From the sequence record SRR15195285_3540: a stretch of DNA of 34,360 bases, one strand, 5' to 3'. Below are positions 1-9,400 of this stretch, piece by piece. Both the position numbers and the translations under genes were made by a program. Each line of letters opens with the position of its first letter. Positions within the stretch are counted from its first letter, which is position 1. The notes under the pieces are model-generated. The model was not told the DNA's origin. It made no database searches and saw nothing but the letters and a program-made list of their open reading frames with translations.

Positions 1-3000
1 TGCGTTGCCTCCACTGTGCGCCGTGCGCATTAGGTAGAACGGCGCCAAGCTTCCTAGGTGCATAGAATCTCGAGAACTAGACAGAAGCGGAATCCGAACC
101 GCACCGGGGGTCAGCAAAGCGCCAGCTTGTACAACAGAGCCAGAGTTTACAGCTGCCACAACTGCATCGCAAGCTATCGTGGTAACGGCGTCGATCGCGT
201 TTGACTGGGCGTCCATCGCTACCGTTTGAAGCGGGGCAATCACATGAACGCCTCCCAATGTTGCAACGAGAGACGAAGCACAGTCGGCCTGATTTGGGGC
301 CTCGACTACAGATCCATCGTCAAGGGTGCACGTGTCTGTTGCCCAGGTTCCCCCGGTCCCACCTGTGACTCGAACACTTCCTCCAGTGCCTGGTCGAAAC
401 ACCAGAGACCCACCCACGTGCGCTCCATCACTGCCCGCCTGCCCCTGAATGAGAAGCTCAGTGGTGGTCGTCGTCGACAAACTCTCAGAGCTTTTCTGCA
501 TCACAAAATGGCTCGACCGATCCCCCACATCTAGGACGTTCGATTCTGTCAGCAAACGCGTAGTGGCAACAGCATGTGGTGCAGAAAGCATCCCATCAGA
601 CCGCAAGTTTGTCGTCGCGATAGTACCTGCCCCAACCCTCGAGCTCCGCAGAGTAGCACCATCGAGAGCAACAATGCTGCCTGTAGACAGTCGCCTTGCG
701 ACAGTTACTCTGTCCCCCCGCACTCTCACACTGCTATCAGAGCTGCCTTGTAGAATCAGCTCGCTGATCTCTGATCCTTCTCCGGGACGCAGGAGAAGCT
801 TGCCGCCTGGCGCATCAGCGCCACTCTGACCGACAACTGCAGTGGGTCTTCCACTTCCAGGGCCTGCTAGCCTGCCAACCTGGAAATCTGAGTCATCGCC
901 CATCTGCAGGGTATCTGTATCGTGCCCGATGGCAGGCAACTGCACATGGCTAGAACCCATTGCCTGGGACATCACGACACCCTCTGCAGCGCTCACAGAA
1001 GCGGCAGAAAAAACATTGGCAGTCAGAGAGTTAGTTCCAACGTCCACGGGGCCTGTCACAATTGGCTGAGCCATTGCAACATTGTCACCGACTGTGACTG
1101 CAAGTGCTCCACCTGAACTGTGGAGTTGCACAGTTCCATGCACAGCAGTGCCAGCGCCTGGGCGCACAGACAAGTCGCCGCCAATCAGACCACCGCTTTG
1201 CCCTTGGAACACAAAACTCGTCCCCGCTCCGGAGCCACGAGTTGTCCTCCGCATAGTCCAAACGCCTTGCGACCCGAATTCAAGATCACCTGTGTCACTC
1301 AAGTCCTGAACGACCAAGCTGCCATCCACGTCTGCAGTTGTCGTGACGAGTGTAGATGCGTCGACGATGCCAGCATCGAGATTCTGGTCGCCCAGATCGA
1401 TACCTGGCTCGACCGGGCTCCACTGGCAGCAAGCCGTCCAAACATTGTTCACATTGTTGGACAAACACTCCTGTTCTGTGTTGAGATTGTTCATCGCGAA
1501 CTGTATGTTTCCAGAATGATAGACACACACGGCAGAAGAACTGCACGCAGACGCAGTTAGCAGTGTGTGGCATCCGGGCTTGTCAATCCCGTCAGCCGTG
1601 CCTGGGCATCCAGCTGTCATCTTATCGCTTATGTCGATCGAGTCGTCGCCCGCAAGGAAGTTTAAAGCATTGCAGGCCCCGATGGCAAGTTCAGGAGCTA
1701 TCTCCACAAGATCATTGGAGATCGTTACCAAAGTGTCTCCCGAGTGTGGATTGCCAGGGGTAATCTCAGCTGCTCGTATAACAAGATTTCCGTCGCTTGT
1801 TCCACCGTTGCCCCGTAGGCCTGGGCGGACCACGACATTGCCACCTGCACCGACATCACCCTGGCCGGCCTGCCCTTGCAGGACAAAGGAAGCACCTTTT
1901 TGCCGCAGGGACAAGGCTTGGGAATTGCATGTCGCACATAAAATAAACTGGTCGTCGTCACCAAGCAATAGCACATTCGCTGCATCTAATGTCGCGCTTA
2001 GTTTTTGTACGGTTAAATCACCGGTGAAGGTAGTGTCGCCTCGCATCGTGCTTTCGCAAGTCTGTGAGCTTCCACATTGGCTCTGGCTCTTGCCAATGCG
2101 AACCTTGCCAGAGTCGGACCCAATGTACACGCCTCCGTACACAACTTTATCGCCTGAGTAGGTACCGCTAGGTCCACCTAGCTCGGCGCAGATGGATCGA
2201 TACTCGTACGACACCTCAGCACATGACGAGGCAGGGCCTCCATTGGAGTTCGGGAGCTGATACGGTTGTCCAACCAGGTCGTCTGTAGAACCTACATAGC
2301 CGCCTCCATCGATCGTCACTCTACCTCCACGAGCGTCGTTTGCATGTACCGACCCACCCTGTCCGCCAATAAGGTACACGTCGCCGCCGTTAAACACACC
2401 TTCCTCCAGAGAGTTGGGCCCCTTCAACGTCAGACTACCTGTAGCGCCCAAAGCCTTCTTTTGCCCAACAGTAAATGCGGCTGTTCTGTCGGCTGAAGTC
2501 AACGTCGCATCACGATACAGTGTGGCTGTCCCAACGACCTTCGTCGACTCAGTCGAGGCACTTGATGTGTCGCCTGCTGTCAGTATCCCCCCTAGCTGCG
2601 TTCCAGTGGAAACGTGTAAGTCAATCAAGGTGCCTAGCTGGGTGAGCCGGTCAGTAAACAGGCTGCTGTCCGTTAACACGGTCCCTGCCTGCCACAAATG
2701 GCCTGCATCTGAGCACGCTGCCTGGGTGCTGATCGCAACAGAAACACCGGCAGTAGTTGTGCAAGAGCTGCCATCTGGAAAGGTGATGGTCTCGTGCAGA
2801 TTTGTGGCCGCTGGAAACTCCCACTGCAATCCCAGCCCGTCACTGTCATGGTCAAATAGCAGTGGACCAGGAGCACCCGCGGAGGTTGCTGGGGACACAT
2901 GCCCGCTGAACTCAACAAAATGAGACAATACATGACCCATCTCGAATAGGTCGCCGTTGGCGTTCAAAGTTTCAACGGACGCGAAATCACCTGTTGTCAA

Positions 3001-6000
3001 AACCTGTCCGGATTCGTCTGGAAATTCGACGACGCGGTTGCCGGTGACGCCGCTCGAAGGTAGCGCCCAAGTCAAGGTGCCAATGCCCGTACCATCGAAG
3101 CGCAACAGCTCCAAACTACCATCTGGCGCCGAAGGCACAACTGTGGCGTGCACATTGATCAGGTAGTCGGTTTGACCAAGGTCCACTGCCCCGCTGAGAA
3201 CCGCGTCAACCGCTCCCAGGCTACCGAAAGCGCCAACACCAGTGGTAGACACGGTGGAGCCGGAGATCCTCACAGTTTCACCTATCTCAAGGTCAGTCTC
3301 GGACACAGTTATGGCTGGGGTCCCACCAGCATTTTGCAGCACGGTGGACCCACCCTGCAGCCGCGCTTGGCATAAGAATCCCCATAATTGGTCATCGTGG
3401 CTGAACGAAGCCCAGTCCTGCCACTGATGGGGCGCTCCCGCAGATCCAAAGCCAATGTACGCAGTACGACCCGAGTTGGACGCGACATCGCCTTCGTCAC
3501 CTTGCCAATTTTTGTAGGAGAAAATCGATCCGTCAGACCAATACCACGCACGCGTGGGATTGGCATTTTCATCGCCGTTCGAACCCCCAAACATGCATCT
3601 CTGCATTGGTATGGTTGCATCGAGCAGACACGCGTCTGCAGCCAGCACATTCTCGCGTTCTGTCATAATCGAAGCGATGTCTTCGTAGTTGTTCCGACAG
3701 TAAAGTATTGCGTCTGAGAAAGTCAAATCGGTCCCCAGCCCCACTGCAGCTGGTTGTACAAGATAAAACACCTTCGTCTGAGATGCATACCCCGGGCGTA
3801 GTGCCGTTTCGCCGCCACTACTTCTCGCGATAGCTGACTGTCCTTGCATAACCAGCTCGCTTCCATCGCCGGACCCATGCGCGGGCCGCGATATAGAAAA
3901 CAAGTCGTCATCGCCGATGCTACTCTTGTCGCTGGAAGACACTATAGCCGGTGTTCGCAAAGACTGGGCAACCGCAGTTTGTACAGTCGCAGAGACAGAT
4001 GCTTCTATGCCTTGACCGCTCACGCCATGGTCAGCGTCAGTCTGCATGGACTGCGAGTCGCGAATTGAAATGCTGTTGCTATGCATCATAGCCGCCAGCT
4101 CGACAACGCCCGTTTGTACATTCACTGTGCCCATCTGGATTGAACCGTCGCTATCGGAGTCGCCTGCACCAGCACCAAGAACCACGTTGCCGCCCAAAGC
4201 ACCGGACTGCCCATCCTGCCCTACAATGATGAGCGTGGCACTCACTTCAACTGCCGGTGTTCGTTGGATGCTGAAAGGTACGTCGTCTCCCAAGTCGACT
4301 GTACCTACTTCGCCGTACAGACGAGGCGTTGTTACACTAGGCGCCGGAGTTCCTTCAACGCGCGTAGCTACCAGGGCAGAACAATCCATCTGCGTTCCAG
4401 CAAGCATTACAGTGGATGCGACCCCCGTGGACGCGTCAATGGGGAAACTGCCCGCATGTACGTCAACAACTTGCAGCGGCAAGGTCACAGCTACGTCAGC
4501 CGCACTGACTGCAACACCGCTCGTGCTCATGGCTAGCCGAACTGTACCGCCGCTCCCAGGACGGAGGGACAAGTCACCACCTGCACTGCCTGCGAATCCG
4601 TTCTGTCCAGACAGTTCGAAATCGTTTCCAGGCATGTTGCCTGCCAGCGGTGGTCGTGACAGCTCACAGCTGCTGTCATCGCCGATAGCTACCGTGTTTC
4701 CAGAGTGGATCAAAAGTGGACTGGTCAAAGAAGTGCTTAGAATCATGTCGACAGTAGACGTCGAGCCGGCAACGTGCAGTGTTCGCGGGTGCAAACTACC
4801 GGACGTTCGCACGCGCGAAGTGCCTGCATCAATTGCAGATGTGCCGGCCGGCTGGCTAAGCGTGATGCCGCTGTCGGAGACCCGCACTGTGTCGGACCCA
4901 CCACTTGTAGACGAAGCCCGCAAAACCAAGGCTCCGCCGACAGGACCGGCACCTGTGCCGCCATTTCCTGGATGCATCATCAAATTGCCACCTCCTGCCG
5001 GTGCCGTCTGGCCTACGAATCGCAACACCGCACCGTTGTGTACTGCACTCGTGGCCGCAGGTCGGGCCATGACAAAGCTGGCATCTTCACCCACCAGAAT
5101 GACATCCGAGTCAGATGTCGCCACCGCTGCAGTCACTGCGTTGTCCACGCCGATGGGACTATGGGTAATTGCCAACGACCTTGCATGCAGAATCTGGCCC
5201 GACACAATGCTTGAACCTCCAGCATCCAGCCTCACAGGCAGGATCGCCTGGCTGCTTATAGAGGTTTCCGTTCGCGAGGTGACGAACGTGCTGCTCAGCC
5301 TCACACTACCGTCGACGGAACTGCCTGTCTGCCCAGGCTGAACGGAAATATCGCCTCCGATAAAATGCCCAGACTGGTGGGCATCTTGGCCGTGCAGGTC
5401 GAAACGTGCGCCAGGGTTGGCAGCGCTGGTAGCAGGTCGCCTCAACACAAATGCCCCGTCTTCACCAAATGCTGCTGTGTTGCTTAATGCCGACACGGCG
5501 TCGGTGCGTAAAGCTTCTACTTCGATGGGGCCAAAACCAAGGCCTAAAGCTCCTGCCTGTACTTCTCCGACCTCAGTAATCTGAGTCTCAACAAACGCTA
5601 GGTCGCCCACTTGGTTTATGCTCAGAAAGCGGTCAGTGGCCTGCAGCACGGAAGTACCAGATGCGTCGGGCATGACAATGGAATTGTGGGTACTCGGTGA
5701 CGGTGCACGCAGCTGTAGCTGAAGCTCGTTGACGTGGCTGCCTTCAAAGGTCATAGCGTTCTCGTTCACTACCACGGCAGCCATGCCGACGCGGTCATCT
5801 GCAGCATTGCCGACGTCAGTGTTGCCGCCAATCATGGCGCCGCTTGATATCGAGGCAGAAGCAGCAGCAGCGTCTGCTACGTGGATGGACCCGAAGCCAT
5901 GAGCCAGCGATCCAACAGATATGGGCCCCACGGCCGACAAACTCGATGCAGCACTGCTTGAGACCAGAATCTCTCCGGATTCATCTGGGACCGTCAGCGT

Positions 6001-6459
6001 ACGCGTGCTTGTCGGTTCAGCCACGAGCAAGGTCATATCGTTTGTGTCCGCGTTCGGACCTTCAAAATGCAGCGGGGCAGAGCCTGCGACACTTCCAATG
6101 AAATCAAGTCTGTCCGCAGCTTCGTTGCCTAGTGCTACACCACCCTGGAGACTAAGCTCGCCATGCAGCACCAGTTCACCGAACGCTGCACTGCTTGAAG
6201 TTGTTAGCACTGCGCCGGACTCGTCTGGGAAGATGATGCGGTTATCTGCAGTTGGATCTTCAACTGCCAGCGTAGTTGTATCCGGAGAACCTCCAGTGAA
6301 GCGGACTGGATTCATACCTTGGACAGTACCACTCAACGTTATCTTCTGCGTGGAGCCAGAACCTAAACGTGCGGAACCTTGTGCAAAAATTGCGTCAGAG
6401 CTGTGGACGCTACCATGAATTTCCACAGCGACCTGTCCAGCTCCTATCATAAGATTGCC
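1..6459 (-). CDS. Exon C (at least 6,459 nt, 2,153 codons, 3'-partial), missing from the ORF track
   Basis: Manual translation of the minus frame from 6459 to 1 shows no stop, running from GNLMIGAGQVAVEIHG to SMHLGSLAPFYLMRTAHSGGNA. It contains the repeat modules and the C-type lectin domain. It was probably missed because it has no stop inside the window. Confidence 0.92.
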
Positions 6460-9400
6460 CTGCAATACCAAAAAAATGTGTCGTGTCAGACACAGCAGAC
6501 TACCAAGAAGCACAAGAAGAACGGAGTAGTGGACAGACATACCGAAGCGGTAGCCACTTGAACTTCAGCTGGGAGACTGCCAGCTAGGAGAGTGCCGGCT
6601 GCATTCGTGCCAGCATCTATTATCACTGATCCTCCAGCCTGGGCCTCTGCGCCACTAAGACCTGCTGCAAGGACCAAGTCACCGCCAACCCCTGAAGTCG
6701 TTGACTGGCCGAGAAGCCGCAAGTTAGGCGCACTGCGCTCAGATGCTGCCCCACCGAACATTGCGGGAGAGCCAGACCGAGTACCTAGCACCAAATCTCC
6801 AGCAAAGACTGTGCCATGTGCAGAAAAGGAAGCGCTAGCGCCGCTCTGCATAACCACAGACGCAGTTGTTGCTGCTCGCAGGAGCACGTCGCCGCCGTAG
6901 GATACGCTGGAGTCCTGTCCAACTAGCGTAAACGATGCACCTGAGTCGTGCATGGCAGCTTGAGCGGGGCGGCGCATACCTACATGCCGCAACACATCGC
7001 ATGCATGTTGTCAAGTGGAGGCGTTTGGAACAGGCTGAAAAAGAATGCAGCAAACAGTACGTACGGAAAGGTGTGTTGGCACCCAGCTCAACAGTTGCAC
7101 TCAGTGGCGGCAGTAATGACCCCACGGACACTGATGTAGCCAGCAAGCCTTTATTGAGTGTGGCAGTGGTAGTCGCATCGACCGTGGTCACAACACGAGC
7201 CGTTTGATCTGTCGTTGCGCCAGCGCTCGTTGATATGCCACCTGTAGTCGTCGGCAGCAACAGTGCCGCTGAGTGTTCACTCAGAAGGCAAGCCCGTGCG
7301 CCGCCGATCGAAATCACTAAGTCGCCATGCTCCAAACCGTTGCCAGCCGCCAGCACTAAGTCCTCCCCGTTCGCAAATTCGTCAAGACCCTGACTAGCCT
7401 GCAGTTGCATATTCGCTCCTTGCCCAAGAGCAACATCCGCAAGTGAAAGGGTAAAATCAGATATTCCACCAAGCACTAGCGAGAAGCCGTTCGCTACAGT
7501 GGTCATATCAAATGAACCAGATGCGCTGAAAGAAGGTGTGGTGGTTGCAGTGCTATGCGCATTGGTCACGTCGAGTTCGCTAGCAGAAATAGTTGCCAAA
7601 CCTGCGTCGATGCTAGCACTATTGATGGATGCAGATACAATGACACTGGAGGCGAGTTCAAAATTCCCTGCGGTGCCGAGGATTCGGGTTCGTCCACCAG
7701 TGGCCCCAGCTTGCATTGCAACAGACCCACCGTCTGCAGCACCGGCCGACTGGCCTATAAATGATGAGGCAGACCCAGCGACGCTGCTAGAGTGCCGCTG
7801 TATCATACAGTCGTTTCCTTCACCGACACCTATGGCGTCGCGCCGAGCGTCAAAAACCCGCTTGCCTGATGGGCTCCGTACTACTGCTGAGCCGTCTATC
7901 GATCCCCCGGCACCACCAGCAATTCGGACGTCGCCGCCCGGAGAGCCGGTCGAGGACTGGCCAGACAAACTGAGGCTGTTACCAGATCCGGCAGTGCGCG
8001 ACGCCCGAGCAACCCTGGTTCCTGCTATTTCGATCACGCCATTCACTGAATCGAAACCTTGCACAGATACTGCGGCAACATTGTAGTCAGACGCACTAGT
8101 CAAGATCGTGCCGCTTTCGTCCGGGAGCCAAATTGCACGATGTCTCGATGGGTCTACAATCCCAAGGCTCACATGATGAGCGGACGAGCTCGAGCCACCC
8201 ATTTGCAATGCTACCGAACCTGAGATTCTCCCCGCAATAGAAACGCTGTCACCTGGTGTAGTGCCAAGCGCCGCGGCAGAGTGTACAGCGACAGCGGCTG
8301 CAGTAGAGGCCACCATCACATCAGATGATGAGGTGCGCACCACAACCCCCGGCCCAGAAACAACAGCATTGCCGACGGCCTCAGCTTGCATCGATGCACT
8401 CAAAGCGACAGTGATGGGATGTGCGACTGAGGTCAGAGACACGCCCGCAGCACCCGCAAGCACAACACCATCGAGGCCCGCTGAGTGGACCAACATGGTC
8501 GACGGTGTCGTCAGCTCAACACTCGTAGTTCCGCGAACTTGCACTGATCCACTTGCGTCATGCTGATTGGTTACATGCAAGTCTGCGGGAGAAACGATAT
8601 CCAGGTTGCCACGCGCAGACACGCTGATAGTTTGACCAGCCACGGCGATCTCTTCTGGCCCATGTGCAATTGTATGACCCCCAGAAGCAACGATGCGCGC
8701 TTCAGACTCACCCTGAACACGAGCGCTGGCAGTACGAGCAGTGTTCAGCGCCAGCGTGCGCTCGCTTTGCAGCGTGACCTCCCGCCCGGTGATAGTCACT
8801 CCCGTCATCCCAGACACTGCAGACGTGCCAAACTTGGACTGGAGTTGGACCGAAGAGCTCGCAATGACATCTGCATCTCCTGAAACCGAACGCACAAGCA
8901 TCGATGGTGCGCGTAGTGCGACCGAGTCTAACGTGCTAATTCTAGCATGGTGCGTGCCGCTGACACGTATCGACGAGCCGGCGCTCGCCCGAACGTGAGA
9001 GCCACCGAAGACGTGCATCGCATTGGCTGAGGTCGCCGTGACGGCAGTCGCGACGACGTGTATACGAGCTGCGGACTGTAGCCGTGCAGATCCTGCAAGA
9101 AGGTACAGTTCGGCTGCAGCGATTTGTCTATGGTCATCAGAATTTACTGCTAGAATGCCGCCGGCCGTGAGCCTGAGCTCGGCAGCCGCAAGTCCTACTG
9201 TGGAAGAAGACGCGACCCTGATCTCACCGCCAAGAAGGCTGATCTCACCGCCAAGAAGGCGCACTGCAGAGTGTGCTTCTACTGCGACGGTGTTGCTGCT
9301 ACTTACTAACAACGCACCATCAGCTCGCAAACGTGACGTTGTTCCTGCTGCTGCAGTGACCGTTGATCCAGACACTACATGCACGTCTCCTGAGGCCTTC

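Larger units (their letters stand above)
1..8040 (-). repeat. About 16 dispersed copies of a roughly 55-aa module, consensus lG.d..f.l.Rp......G..f.l.GQ......GGdl.l.pG.g....G.v.l
   Basis: Copies start near 8040, 7830, 7480, 7095 (split by intron 1), 6800, 5470, 5100, 4690, 4300, 3920, 2480 (partial), 1970, 1285, 905, 530 and 63 (cut by the window edge). Example: SIGDDDLFSISRPAHGSGDGSELVMQGQSAIARSSGGETALRPG. Confidence 0.8.
2660..8245 (-). repeat. Six dispersed copies of a 'lG......f.g.v....l.FeG......tl....Pt..r.i.fPDeSG.vLt' module
   Basis: DPSRHRAIWLPDESGTILT (about 8155-8098), DPTADNRIIFPDESGAVLT (about 6258-6202), EPTSTRTLTVPDESGEILV (about 6018-5962), SPSTHNSIVMPDASGTSVL (about 5700-5644), GNRVVEFPDESGQVLT (about 3042-2995) and ETITFPDG[insert]AGTVLT (about 2790-2671). 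Confidence 0.8.

Noticed and set aside
712-720. RGD tripeptide as an integrin-binding motif
   Set aside because: It is expected by chance in over 11,000 residues rich in Arg and Gly, and it lies in an ordinary beta-strand context.
6486-6542. Hydrophobic tail VCLSTTPFFLCFLVVCCV of ORF 6486..6995 as a membrane anchor
   Set aside because: It is the translated pyrimidine-rich intron 2.
6835-7064. Cys/Arg-rich C-terminus of the listed ORF as a real domain
   Set aside because: It is explained as intron read-through followed by out-of-frame translation of exon B.
7035-7064. Alternative 30-nt intron ending at TTTTTCAG (7035)
   Set aside because: It is very short, has no upstream branch site, keeps the frame that stops at 6835 and does not restore the repeat module.
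6460-7064. Programmed frameshifts or pseudogenisation as the cause of the frame breaks
   Set aside because: Both breaks coincide with about 84-nt compositionally distinct segments carrying full splice signals, and the other 34 kb has no disruption.
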